From Candidatus Omnitrophota bacterium (lineage in GTDB: Bacteria; Omnitrophota; Gorgyraeia; 2-01-FULL-45-10): a stretch of 64,000 nucleotides of DNA. The position numbers were made by a program, and so were the translations under genes. The notes under the pieces were generated by a model, which was given only the letters and a program-made list of their open reading frames with translations, was not told where the DNA came from and searched no databases. This document shows, piece by piece, positions 9,446 to 19,298 of the stretch. Within the stretch, counting starts at the first letter, position 1. Every line of letters starts with the position of its first letter. The stretch covers positions 512 to 64,511 of the forward strand of contig PLNN01000017.1 of NCBI GenBank assembly GCA_003142795.1, in the 5' to 3' direction.

Positions 9446-10300
9446 TCACCGTGGCTGTAGATACAGAACGGTACTCCTGCCTATGCCGCATTGATACAAA
9501 ATAGAATAAAATTTTGAAAGCAAATCCGGTTCATAGCAACGCAGAATGCGCTCCATATTAACAACCTTCTTAAAACTCGCCCTCCCCAGAGACTTGCGTT
9601 TGAGATAATCATCGCCCATCAGAAGAAACATTTCCATAGGAAAAGAACTTTCGCCGCGCAAGATGGTATATCCCGCCTTTTTTACCAAATTGCGGATTCC
9701 TTCTTTATCGAAATAATTAACGTGGTCGGGTAGCGCGATCCAATATGGCGTTAAATTATGTTCCTTTATATAGGCTAATTGGAATGGGTTGAATTCATTC
9801 GGCACCTCAACCATAACTATTCCGTTCTTTGCAATATTACTTTTCAAGCGTTGTAAAAATCCAAGTGCATCCGGAATGTGCTCTAAGATATAGGCGACAT
9901 TTACGACATCCCATCTCTTTTTAGAAAACTTTTGAAAAAATTCTTTTATAGAGATTTGATAGATTGAGATGCCCTTGGACGTCGCGATAGCAGCGGCTTT
10001 TTTGTTTAACTCGGTTCCCGTGCATTTCCACCCTTCTTTCTTGAAGTATTCAAGCTGCGCACCTTCCCAACACCCTATATCGAGTATGCTCCCACACGAT
10101 TTCCATTTTTTTATGCTTCTGACTTTTTCTCTCCATAGGTTGCTCGGCGTGCTTCTTCGATAAACATATTCATAAAATTTTTCCAATTCCTCCTCGCTAT
10201 ACATAGGAGATATGTGAGCATACCCGCATTTCTTACAAAAAATAACTTTACGATCTCTCTTCGTCAGAAGGAGCTCTCCCCGGCATTCTCCTTTCATCAT
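9446..10300 (-). CDS. class I SAM methyltransferase with N-terminal zinc ribbon
   Basis: 284 aa. CKKCGYAH Cys pair at the N-terminus; LDIGCWEG SAM motif. Confidence 0.6.
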   Translation of the reverse strand: MMKGECRGELLLTKRDRKVIFCKKCGYAHISPMYSEEELEKFYEYVYRRSTPSNLWREKVRSIKKWKSCGSILDIGCWEGAQLEYFKKEGWKCTGTELNKKAAAIATSKGISIYQISIKEFFQKFSKKRWDVVNVAYILEHIPDALGFLQRLKSNIAKNGIVMVEVPNEFNPFQLAYIKEHNLTPYWIALPDHVNYFDKEGIRNLVKKAGYTILRGESSFPMEMFLLMGDDYLKRKSLGRASFKKVVNMERILRCYEPDLLSKFYSILYQCGIGRSTVLYLQPR

Positions 10301-11352
10301 ATGTCACCTCGGGTTATTATAGCGCCATTTCTTCTATTTCTTTTCAGCGTTTTACCAATGACGCTATCAATCTCGACCGGATGTATGAAATCACAATGAA
10401 TCCCGATATTGCGCAAGGCTATCAGATCATCGGCATTTACAATCTGCCCCTTAGAAAGATCTTTCTTCGCGTAGAGACAGCGCTTATAAAAATAGAGCTC
10501 TTTTTCACAATCAAAAATCCTTCTCTTGCGAAATATATGTAATGCGCTTTCTGCCTGACGTATGGCCGTCACCATGCAACGAAACTCATCCGGCTCGAGG
10601 GCATAGATATGATCCGGCCCCGGAAGTTTTTTGCTTAATGTGATATGTTTTTCGATGACTCTTGCGCCTAGCGCCACTGATACTGTAGGGGCGATGATCG
10701 GATCAGCGGTATGGTCGGAATATCCAACGTTTATATTATACCGTGCACGAAAATATGGTATAACGCTCAGAAACGTTTCTTTGATCGGCGCAGGATATTT
10801 TGCGATACAATGCATAAGAACCGTTTTTTCTTCATAACCAAGGAGTATCTTGGTTATCATCATATCAATTTCTTCTTCAGTGCTTCCGCCTGTCGAAATA
10901 AAGAGTGGTTTTCCTGTTTTTTTCACTTCTTCTATAAGCTCCGAAAACATAGACTCGTAAGAAGCTATCTTAAACACATTGACATAAGGATTAATTACCT
11001 TTACGGCCTTCACGTCAAAAGGGGTTGCCATAAATTCTATGCCGCTTTTTTTCGCATATCTATAAAGTTCATCGATCCATTCGTAAGGAACCTCGTTTCT
11101 CTCGATTATGCTATAGAGACTATCGTTGATTCCCATATTTTTTAAATATCGTACCTTTATATGCTTATCCGGATACATAGTCTTCGCGCGGAATATCTGG
11201 AATTTTACCGCATCCGCCCCGGCATCGCGGGCAATGTCAATTAATTGCTTCGCCTGTCGCAAGGAGCCGTTATGATTTGAGCCCACCTCGGCTATTATAA
11301 AACACGGGGACTCATCACTTATTATCTTCCTACCAACGCGTATCTTATGCAT
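10297..11352 (-). CDS. pseI: NeuB-family nonulosonic acid synthase (pseudaminic acid synthase-like) with C-terminal SAF domain
   Basis: 351 aa. N-terminal FIIAEVGSNHNGSL..AKQLIDIA..GADAVKFQ is the NeuB/PseI/LegI hallmark. Context with pseB, pseC and pseG supports the call. Confidence 0.75.
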   Translation of the reverse strand: MHKIRVGRKIISDESPCFIIAEVGSNHNGSLRQAKQLIDIARDAGADAVKFQIFRAKTMYPDKHIKVRYLKNMGINDSLYSIIERNEVPYEWIDELYRYAKKSGIEFMATPFDVKAVKVINPYVNVFKIASYESMFSELIEEVKKTGKPLFISTGGSTEEEIDMMITKILLGYEEKTVLMHCIAKYPAPIKETFLSVIPYFRARYNINVGYSDHTADPIIAPTVSVALGARVIEKHITLSKKLPGPDHIYALEPDEFRCMVTAIRQAESALHIFRKRRIFDCEKELYFYKRCLYAKKDLSKGQIVNADDLIALRNIGIHCDFIHPVEIDSVIGKTLKRNRRNGAIITRGDI

Positions 11353-11384
11353 ACCGCATGGTCCTATGCTCGTTTATTCTCATT

Positions 11385-12461
11385 TTAAAATCTCCTTCTA
11401 TATATATATGCTAATATTTTTTTTACAGCCCTATGAACGCCGCGGCCATCGACTATTTTTTTTCCTCTCCGGCACCTCTCCGATCGCAGCTTCTTATCAA
11501 AGATGACAAGATCTAATTTCGCCTTCAACTTTTTCATGATTTTGTCGTTACTGCCTCTATCGCCTTTATAGCACCCCACATGCTCGATAACGCCGGCGCG
11601 CGAGAGAGCCCTGGAATGCCGCATTTGATTCTCTGCAACGGTTATGACTATAGAAGGAACTCCCATTCTGGCAAGCTCGTACAATGTCTGGCCACCTGCC
11701 GAGATCGTAATATCGGACTTGATCATTAGTTCTTTCATGGTATCGGCGTTCGGATCATAGATAAACCTTGTATTCTCGTCTCCACAGTTTTTTAATTTAT
11801 TTGCGTACTTAAAACCCCTGCTTATAACGACATCTTTGTTCAGGCCGGGATACTTATGAGCAAGTAATTTCAAAACTTTCGGCGTCACATTCATTGGATC
11901 GCAACCACCAAAAGTCACAAGCACGGTCTTGACATGTTTACGTATACGCTTCCGGGGAGCATCTAAAAACTCTTTTCTTAAGGGCGCATATCTGCTGCCA
12001 AGCAAATAAAAAACTCCATCTCTTTCTGGATACTCAATCTTTTCTGCGTAAGCAGCGCTATTTATCACGACGCCGGGAGGGTAATTTATACGCATATTAT
12101 CATCTATATAGACCGGCAGCTTCGCTATAATAGATATTTTCTTATAAAAATTAAGGTCAGCGAGATAAGAATCCACAAGGATAATGTCCATTTCTCGCGC
12201 GGTTTTCAATACTTCCGTCCTTGCCTTTAACCAGTTCAGTATCTTATACCGCTTTGATCTTAACATTCCTTTTACGCTGTCATCACCGCACACAATGATA
12301 TCTGGCTTTATACCCTTTTCTTCAAAGGCATGATAAAAAGCAAGGCATCTGGTGATATGCCCATATCCAATACTTTTCCCGCCTTCTGTTAATATCAATG
12401 CTTTCATTTTATCTCTTATTTTTATCGATCTACACAATGTCGGAAGAACCGGCTTCACCAT
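11385..12461 (-). CDS. pseG: PseG-like UDP-sugar hydrolase (GT-B fold, UDP-2,4-diacetamido-trideoxy-altropyranose hydrolase family)
   Basis: The ORF as tracked runs to 12578 and overlaps pseC by 124 nt. Internal Met candidates (MVKPV or MKALILTEGG) give a non-overlapping start. The KALILTEGGKSIGYGHITRCL N-terminus is PseG-like. Confidence 0.5.
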   Translation of the reverse strand: MVKPVLPTLCRSIKIRDKMKALILTEGGKSIGYGHITRCLAFYHAFEEKGIKPDIIVCGDDSVKGMLRSKRYKILNWLKARTEVLKTAREMDIILVDSYLADLNFYKKISIIAKLPVYIDDNMRINYPPGVVINSAAYAEKIEYPERDGVFYLLGSRYAPLRKEFLDAPRKRIRKHVKTVLVTFGGCDPMNVTPKVLKLLAHKYPGLNKDVVISRGFKYANKLKNCGDENTRFIYDPNADTMKELMIKSDITISAGGQTLYELARMGVPSIVITVAENQMRHSRALSRAGVIEHVGCYKGDRGSNDKIMKKLKAKLDLVIFDKKLRSERCRRGKKIVDGRGVHRAVKKILAYIYRRRF

Positions 12462-13615
12462 CCGGCCCCGAAGAAACCGGCTATTTTTTTCACAACATAA
12501 TCTATTTCCCTCTCTCGTATCGCGGGATACATAGGAATGCTGATCTCGCCTCCATAAAATTCTTCCGCTTTCCGGCAAAGCCCTTTAGCATATCCGAGCT
12601 GTTTATAGTATGGCTGGAGATAGACCGGGATGTAATGCACTTGAGCGCCTATACCAGAAGCCCGCAAAATATTAAAAAGAGGGGTCCTGTCCTTCGGATC
12701 CCTCGTTCTTATGCAATAAATATGATATGATGAACTAACATACGACCGCTCGACGGGCAATAGTATATCTTCGATGCCGCATAATTTTTTATTATACGTC
12801 TCGGCGATCTGGCGTCTTCTTATAACAAAAGTATTTAACTTTTTCAGCTGACTTAAGCCCAGCGCGCTCTGGATATCTGTTATACGATAATTAAAGCCTA
12901 AGCACTGCATTTCGTAGTACCAAGAGCCGGTTAAGCGCTGATCCTGGCACACGAAACGCAATCTATCCCTGCTTATCCCGTGGCTCCGCAGCATTAAAAG
13001 CTTTTCGTAAAGATCTTTTTTGTTCGTCAACACAGCCCCGCCCTCGCCCGTAGTGATACTTTTAACGGGATGAAAACTGAATATCGTCATATCGGAATAT
13101 TTGCAGGCGCCTATCTTTGAACCCTTATATTCTGCGCCCACGGCATGTGCGGCATCTTCAATAACGACAAGACCGTTTCGATCAGCTATGGCGCTTATCT
13201 CTTCCATATCGCACGGATGACCGGCAAAATGGACCGGAATGAGCGCTTTTGTCTTCTTGTGTATCTTGGTTTTTATCTCTTTAGGGTCTATGTTGATCGT
13301 GTCATGCTGCACATCGGCAAAAACCGGCCTTCCGCCGCAATATAAAACGCTATTTGCCGAAGCAAGAAACGTTATCGGAGAAGTGATAACTTCATCGCGC
13401 GCTTTTATACCGGCAGCCAAACATGCAATATGCAAAGCGGCCGTTCCGCTCGATACGGCCACGGCATATTTCGCGCCGGTATACCTGCAAAGGGCGTTTT
13501 CGAATACGTCCACATTCGGCCCCTGCGTGATATAATCCGATCTTAAAACTCTGACAACAGCATCAATGTCGTCTTGATCGATATATTGATGGCTATACGG
13601 GATAAATCTATTCAA
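12455..13615 (-). CDS. pseC: UDP-4-keto-6-deoxy-AltNAc aminotransferase (DegT/DnrJ/EryC1 family)
   Basis: 386 aa. FSFHPVKSITTGEGG PLP-lysine motif. QYIDQDDIDAVVRVLRSDYITQG N-terminus is typical of PseC. Confidence 0.8.
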   Translation of the reverse strand: MNRFIPYSHQYIDQDDIDAVVRVLRSDYITQGPNVDVFENALCRYTGAKYAVAVSSGTAALHIACLAAGIKARDEVITSPITFLASANSVLYCGGRPVFADVQHDTINIDPKEIKTKIHKKTKALIPVHFAGHPCDMEEISAIADRNGLVVIEDAAHAVGAEYKGSKIGACKYSDMTIFSFHPVKSITTGEGGAVLTNKKDLYEKLLMLRSHGISRDRLRFVCQDQRLTGSWYYEMQCLGFNYRITDIQSALGLSQLKKLNTFVIRRRQIAETYNKKLCGIEDILLPVERSYVSSSYHIYCIRTRDPKDRTPLFNILRASGIGAQVHYIPVYLQPYYKQLGYAKGLCRKAEEFYGGEISIPMYPAIREREIDYVVKKIAGFFGAGW

Positions 13616-14606
13616 TTCTTGTCCTTTCTATCATCCTTTTAATCTCAGGAACGCTCAACCATTGCTCATTCTTATCGCTACTGTATACGAATCCCTCGGG
13701 CGGGATCTTATATTTGTAATATTTACCATGGACATGCTTGCCCTCAAAGAATTCCGCAAGAATAACATACGCGCCTTTGAACATTCTTGTTTTGCGCGCC
13801 TCATCCTCCGATATTAGGGTTTCGTGCATCTTCTCTCCGGGGCGTATCCCTATTATTTTGAATCTGCACCGCGGCTCAATCGCCCTGGCCAGATCCGTTA
13901 TTTTCATCGACGGTATCTTCGGGATAAAGACCTCTCCGCCCACGGATTCCTTCAGGGCCTTCATGACTAAATTCACCCCCTGCTCCAGAGTTATCCAGAA
14001 ACGCGTCATGCGTTCATCGGTTATAGAAAACTCCAGATTCTTCTGCCTTTTACATTCGAGGAATAGGGGTATGACGCTTCCTCTTGAGCCGACAACGTTC
14101 CCGTATCTTACAGCTGAAAATTTGACACGACCGCCCGCATAAGCGTTTGCGGCTATGAATATCTTTTCGGCAGCTAATTTTGTGGCACCATACAGGTTGA
14201 TGGGACTGACGGCTTTATCGCTCGATAACGCAACTACTTTCTTAACGCCTCTATCTATGGCGGCATCTACTATATTATCCGCTCCAAGGATATTGGTTTT
14301 CACAGCTTCAACTGGATTATATTCGAGGGCTGGTACCTGTTTCAATGCCGCCGCATGGACCACATAATCTACGCTTTCAAATGCCCTGTAGAGACGACTC
14401 TTATCCCGTATGTCTCCCAGGAAATATCGTATCGGATATTTAGATACCGGGAATATCTTCGCCATCTCGTGTTGCTTGAACTCATCGCGGCTTAATATGA
14501 TAACCTTTTTGGGGTGACATCTTTTGAAAACCATCTCTGTAAATTTTTTCCCGAATGAACCCGTTCCGCCAGTTATAAGAATTACTTTATTATTAAGCAT
14601 ATCCAC
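13608..14606 (-). CDS. pseB: UDP-GlcNAc 4,6-dehydratase/5-epimerase (inverting)
   Basis: 332 aa. VILITGGTGSFGKKF Rossmann motif. PseB/FlaA1-like throughout. Confidence 0.8.
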   Translation of the reverse strand: MDMLNNKVILITGGTGSFGKKFTEMVFKRCHPKKVIILSRDEFKQHEMAKIFPVSKYPIRYFLGDIRDKSRLYRAFESVDYVVHAAALKQVPALEYNPVEAVKTNILGADNIVDAAIDRGVKKVVALSSDKAVSPINLYGATKLAAEKIFIAANAYAGGRVKFSAVRYGNVVGSRGSVIPLFLECKRQKNLEFSITDERMTRFWITLEQGVNLVMKALKESVGGEVFIPKIPSMKITDLARAIEPRCRFKIIGIRPGEKMHETLISEDEARKTRMFKGAYVILAEFFEGKHVHGKYYKYKIPPEGFVYSSDKNEQWLSVPEIKRMIERTRIE

Positions 14607-14619
14607 ACGTACCTCCCTT

Positions 14620-16410
14620 TTAATTATGCGGTGCCCCTGATCCGCTTCCTGTCAATACAGCTCGGAGCACGTCAATACCCCGATCGTCCGGATACTCATC
14701 AATCCTTCTTATAAGATCCTTCGGTATTTCACTCAGGACAGACATTTCGCCGTTCGATATGTCCCGTATCATCTTCAGCAGCTTATCACTCTCTTTAAAT
14801 ACCGCCTTATCTTTAAGTATCCTTGAAAAAGGATGATCAAGTTCGGCTTCATCCAGATAAAGCCCCTCGATTCCGCATATAATAGCTATAGTGGCCGAAC
14901 TGGTCATAGACTCTGTAACGACTATATCCGAAACGCCAATACATTCGATAAATGACCACTTTTTTTCGTCAATTATATGAGCGTTGCCTAGTTCTTCTAT
15001 ACGCTTTTTTATCTCAAGGAATCTATCCCTCAACTCGCGCGGAAGCTCGTGATATCGAGAAAGCTCTTTGGACTTCATGATCACGGTCAGCTTCGGCTCT
15101 TTCACAGCAAGCTCAAGCGCAGTTTTCCAAAAATTAACATAATGCTCCGCCTTAAGAACGCTTCCTCCGCCAAAACTTTCGTCAAAAAAAGTTACAACTT
15201 TTCCCACAGAATGTATCCCCATTTCCGAAAGTATATAGCTTCGCCTGAATTTGACGTTATTGATGAAGCGCTTAAAAATATAACCACTATGAATAAAAAT
15301 ATCCGACGCCTCTCTGCCGGTGAGTGCGTTGGCCGCGCCCCATGCAAAATATTTATCACAACCCAAGAAAGAAATACTATACTTTATAGAATCCGAAGAC
15401 ATATCAGACCCGTATGCCAGGTAGTATCTGGTTTTCATGTTTTGACAAACTATAGCTTCCGGAATGTGACGAGAGGAATAAAAACTATATCCTAACTCAG
15501 CCCCTATTTCGTAATTGGAAAATATCTTTTCGTATGGCAATGCATAAGAGATAAAATATCTTGAGATCCTTGAAAATAGGGAGAAGTTGGCAGAGCTTAT
15601 CTCGGCCGATAACGAACCCATCCCGCCCACCAGATAAAGAGGGATCACCCTGAAAAAGAAAGTGGCGAAACTTATTTTTAGAGATGGCAGGTAAAAAGTG
15701 TTAAACCGCAACATTTTTGCTTGCTGGTATGCCTTGTTCCGTTGTTCACATTGTTTAATATCTTTCCGCGAAAATAATAATAGGTCGTCTTTCTTTATGC
15801 TCTTTTCATCAACTAAAAAATCATCATGGAAATAATATCCTCCCGTAGGATAAAAGCCCCAGACCAATTCGCGCATAACCTTATATTTTTTCTTTGCCCT
15901 AAAAATAGCAATACCGCTATTCAGGCTAAAATACAGAACAAACAGGGCTTGAAAGAAAATCACAAAAATACATGATATCGTGTTCCTTCGCCTGACCCAT
16001 TTAATTTTCGGGATAATCTTGAATCTTGAAGAGAATTTTTCGAAAGCATATCTATTGATAGGATTATCATCCAGAACAAGCCGCCCGCTCTTAATTAAGT
16101 CATCTCTCGAAAAGCTATCCATGGCATTCAATAGGTCTATCATGTATTCGCAGATCCATTTTTTTAATAGACTATCAAATCGTTTCGTTTTAAAAACGGA
16201 ATTCATGCCTTTAATAAAAGCGGAGTCGCACAGTCTATTTTCTTGAACGAACGCTTCCACTAGACCTACTATATCAGAGCGGATCCAGTCGAAATGTTCG
16301 CGCCCATTTTGCAAGGGAATATCGATATCTTTCTCGCAATGGAATGTGCGATCGCCTAATAATGCCTGACTTATATAATTTTTTATTAACTTTTTAATTG
16401 ACGTTTTCAT
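14620..16410 (-). CDS. uncharacterised large protein, candidate GT-B-type glycosyl/phosphoglycosyl transferase (capsule-synthesis/TagF-like C-terminal region)
   Basis: 596 aa. Central hydrophobic segment. C-terminal VVTESMTSSATIAIICGIEGLYL resembles the nucleotide-binding SS motif region of TagF/KpsS-type enzymes. Confidence 0.3.
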   Translation of the reverse strand: MKTSIKKLIKNYISQALLGDRTFHCEKDIDIPLQNGREHFDWIRSDIVGLVEAFVQENRLCDSAFIKGMNSVFKTKRFDSLLKKWICEYMIDLLNAMDSFSRDDLIKSGRLVLDDNPINRYAFEKFSSRFKIIPKIKWVRRRNTISCIFVIFFQALFVLYFSLNSGIAIFRAKKKYKVMRELVWGFYPTGGYYFHDDFLVDEKSIKKDDLLLFSRKDIKQCEQRNKAYQQAKMLRFNTFYLPSLKISFATFFFRVIPLYLVGGMGSLSAEISSANFSLFSRISRYFISYALPYEKIFSNYEIGAELGYSFYSSRHIPEAIVCQNMKTRYYLAYGSDMSSDSIKYSISFLGCDKYFAWGAANALTGREASDIFIHSGYIFKRFINNVKFRRSYILSEMGIHSVGKVVTFFDESFGGGSVLKAEHYVNFWKTALELAVKEPKLTVIMKSKELSRYHELPRELRDRFLEIKKRIEELGNAHIIDEKKWSFIECIGVSDIVVTESMTSSATIAIICGIEGLYLDEAELDHPFSRILKDKAVFKESDKLLKMIRDISNGEMSVLSEIPKDLIRRIDEYPDDRGIDVLRAVLTGSGSGAPHN

Positions 16411-17608
16411 ATTGCCTTTTAGTAAGCGCTAAATTCTTGATACGATTTGAAAATATTTGCCAAAAAGGTAATTCTTCCGTATTGTCTTTTTTTATAAAAG
16501 CATTTTTATATGCTCTGTACGCCTTTTCATCTATCGTCATTTCTTTTTTAAAGTCTATTTCGAGCATTTCGTCGACATTTATTACGCCCTTCCCCAGGAA
16601 AGATGCCATTTGCCGTATCCACTCCCCCTGGAGGCTCCTTTGCAAGCTGTCCGTTGTAATGAATATCACCGGTTTTTTCTCTAATACCGCGTAATTGATA
16701 GACGTACTGCAATGGCCTATCACAAAAGACGCCCTTCTGATCAGCTCCATGGTCTTACCTTTAACGACGTGTCTTCCGCCAAAATAATCCGGATGATCTT
16801 CATATCGAGATCGCGGATAAGCAGCTATGGTTATATTCGTTCTATTCGCATCTTCCAAATGATCGAAAAACCTCCTTATAGGCGGATAATATTCCTCCGG
16901 CGTTGAAAACGGCGGCACTTTCATCATTGGATAGTGCGGATGAAAAGGAACATATTCATCTATGAAAACGCCCATCTTATTATCGATTTCTACGGTGTTT
17001 TTTATTTCCTCAAGATAAATGTCATAGTCTAGTGCGTGTATAAACAGCAATTCTGTCTGAGAACCAACCATATCTCTACGATCATTCGCGCGATATGCTC
17101 CTCCAATCAATACGAAACTTGCGGGATTTATGCCTAATATTTTATGGGGCACGCGGCAAAATAACGATTGTTTCAATGCTTCTATATCGCGCGTCTTTCT
17201 TAATATATTCAAAATGGCTTCCATAATAGAACCATTTTTCTTTATACTGAATGGTAACACGCTAGAGATGACACAATACATGATCTGCTTTTTGGAAATT
17301 GCCCGGAATAAAGAATATGAATTCACTCTATACTGTATGAGACATACCACCAGAACATCTTGTGTCAATTTGTAAATTTTTTCAAGCGCATCTTGCATTT
17401 TTTGAAATTCAAAATAGTGCTCATAGTAAACTATGTCGGCACCCTTCACATCCTCCACCACGCCTGGATACAAAAAAGGAGTGCAGTTCCACACCTCAAC
17501 CTCAAACCCGTTACTTCTTAAAACATCGATGCCAAACCTTTTATAATCCCGTTCATAAAATGACGTTTCAGTAATAAAAACTATTTTTTTGATTATACAT
17601 TTGTCCAT
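16394..17608 (-). CDS. uncharacterised protein with HP motif and TagF/sialyltransferase-like C-terminal region (candidate nonulosonic-acid transferase)
   Basis: 404 aa. VPFHPHYP and VIGHCSTSINYAVLEKKPVIF resemble the HP and S-S motifs of CMP-sugar-dependent GT-B transferases. Confidence 0.3.
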   Translation of the reverse strand: MDKCIIKKIVFITETSFYERDYKRFGIDVLRSNGFEVEVWNCTPFLYPGVVEDVKGADIVYYEHYFEFQKMQDALEKIYKLTQDVLVVCLIQYRVNSYSLFRAISKKQIMYCVISSVLPFSIKKNGSIMEAILNILRKTRDIEALKQSLFCRVPHKILGINPASFVLIGGAYRANDRRDMVGSQTELLFIHALDYDIYLEEIKNTVEIDNKMGVFIDEYVPFHPHYPMMKVPPFSTPEEYYPPIRRFFDHLEDANRTNITIAAYPRSRYEDHPDYFGGRHVVKGKTMELIRRASFVIGHCSTSINYAVLEKKPVIFITTDSLQRSLQGEWIRQMASFLGKGVINVDEMLEIDFKKEMTIDEKAYRAYKNAFIKKDNTEELPFWQIFSNRIKNLALTKRQYENVN

Positions 17609-17620
17609 TTTAGAGAGGAC

Positions 17621-18616
17621 CTATCTTTTATACAAACCCAGATATGATAGAATTATCTTTGTCATGCACTTAAGTTTTTCTATTTTAAAACGATTGATCA
17701 TCGTACCATAGTGGCCATCGATCCGGGGGCATGACGATACATCAGAATGTGTAAAAGTTCCGAACATATGGACCTCTTGAGCTGCTCCGATCTTAATAGA
17801 CTTCAATCCAGCCTTTGCACAATAATATTCAAATGTTAACGGGGTAAAATAATAGACATGTGCATTTTGCAATTGACCTATGCCGAAGTTCATGATGTTC
17901 GGGACCCCTATATATAAAAGGCCTGATTTATCCAGGTGGCGGATGATTTTCTTTAATGATTCCACCGGATCGGGGAAATGCTCCAGCGCGTGATTAATGA
18001 TTATAATGTCATACAACCCTTTGATATCGTCGATACTGCCCTGCTTCATATTTAAGCCGTGTCGATTACCCATATTGACAAGGCTTTCGCTGTAATCTAT
18101 CCCGACAACGGCCGCGCCTGCGTTGGCGAATAACACAAGGTTCCACCCTCCGCCGGCGCCTACCTCCAGCACAGACACGGTAGGATCTACGGTCCTGATA
18201 CCGGAGATCTCGTCAAATATATGCCGGCTATGCCGTGGCTCATATCTATCTTCATAGGTTATCAGGTAGTCCTCGCCTTCATAACAGAGTCTGTACATAT
18301 CCGAAGAATAGAACTTAGCATACTCCTTATCAGTCATCCTGGGGTTAGACTGGATAAGTCCGCACCGGACGCACATAATGGTCTTCTGCCGCATTGAATG
18401 CCTGTCTACGCTTGCTATCAGATCGAACTCTAAAGAACCGCATAGACAATTGACCGATTCAAACTCTATAAGGCCCTGCTCGGCCTTACGGTTAAACTCA
18501 ACTACAAGCTCCGACTGTCTCGGTGAAAGTCTCATAAATGAGCTTTCGGGGTTATGAAAATACTTGAAAGGCAGCAAGGTTCGCCGTATCTTTATATTGT
18601 TTTTGCTATTTTTCAT
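17621..18616 (-). CDS. class I SAM methyltransferase with N-terminal Cys4 zinc ribbon
   Basis: 331 aa. CLCGS..CVRCG; VLEVGAGGGWN motif I. Confidence 0.6.
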   Translation of the reverse strand: MKNSKNNIKIRRTLLPFKYFHNPESSFMRLSPRQSELVVEFNRKAEQGLIEFESVNCLCGSLEFDLIASVDRHSMRQKTIMCVRCGLIQSNPRMTDKEYAKFYSSDMYRLCYEGEDYLITYEDRYEPRHSRHIFDEISGIRTVDPTVSVLEVGAGGGWNLVLFANAGAAVVGIDYSESLVNMGNRHGLNMKQGSIDDIKGLYDIIIINHALEHFPDPVESLKKIIRHLDKSGLLYIGVPNIMNFGIGQLQNAHVYYFTPLTFEYYCAKAGLKSIKIGAAQEVHMFGTFTHSDVSSCPRIDGHYGTMINRFKIEKLKCMTKIILSYLGLYKR

Positions 18617-19298
18617 TAATCCCAGTCCCGAGAACCATCAATTCAACAGACCATCTGAAGAATTTGACTTTTGTCATATTGGTAAGCCTCCGCGCATTAG
18701 GCACGGATAACACCATTTGAAGAAAATTTGAGAACATCTTCAAAGACGGATAATGCCATAAAATCGGCATCTGATAAAAAAACTCTGTCTTCACCTCAGA
18801 AAATCCATATATAGTCAATAAATCCGAAAGGGCCCTTATATTATACGGCCTGGAATGCGTAAAATCTTCGTAAAAGACCTTCATCTGACTGACCCAATCC
18901 GGAGTCAGAATAATAACTCTGCCTCCCGGCTTCAAAACTCTGCAGGTTTCTTTCATTAAATGATCCGGGTTGCTAAAATGCTCGAGTACGGATTTGTGGT
19001 AGACTACGTCAAAAGCACTATCATCATACGGAAGCTTATCTTCTGAGATATCCAGGCATACAACATTAAGATGAGGCATATTCTTGGTACAATGGTCACT
19101 CGCATCTACCCCGTAACAGCTAAGGCCCAAGTCATGAAATGCCTCTAGAAAATCTCCTCGCCCGCATCCGATTTCCAGCAGTTTTGAACTCCTGCTCATG
19201 TTAAATCGACTTACCAGGTATGAGGCCAATTTAAAAGGATAGTTGCTTTTTGGCGCTCTATTTCGGTCATATACAACGGATACGTAATCTTTTTTCAT
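18606..19298 (-). CDS. class I SAM methyltransferase
   Basis: 230 aa. LLEIGCGRGDF motif I. Confidence 0.6.
   Translation of the reverse strand: MKKDYVSVVYDRNRAPKSNYPFKLASYLVSRFNMSRSSKLLEIGCGRGDFLEAFHDLGLSCYGVDASDHCTKNMPHLNVVCLDISEDKLPYDDSAFDVVYHKSVLEHFSNPDHLMKETCRVLKPGGRVIILTPDWVSQMKVFYEDFTHSRPYNIRALSDLLTIYGFSEVKTEFFYQMPILWHYPSLKMFSNFLQMVLSVPNARRLTNMTKVKFFRWSVELMVLGTGINEK

Noticed and set aside
12462-12578. 124-nt same-strand overlap between pseG-like and pseC ORFs
   Set aside because: Probably an artefact of taking the longest ORF. Internal Met codons (12461 or 12407) give a PseG-like N-terminus (MKALILTEGG) with little or no overlap.
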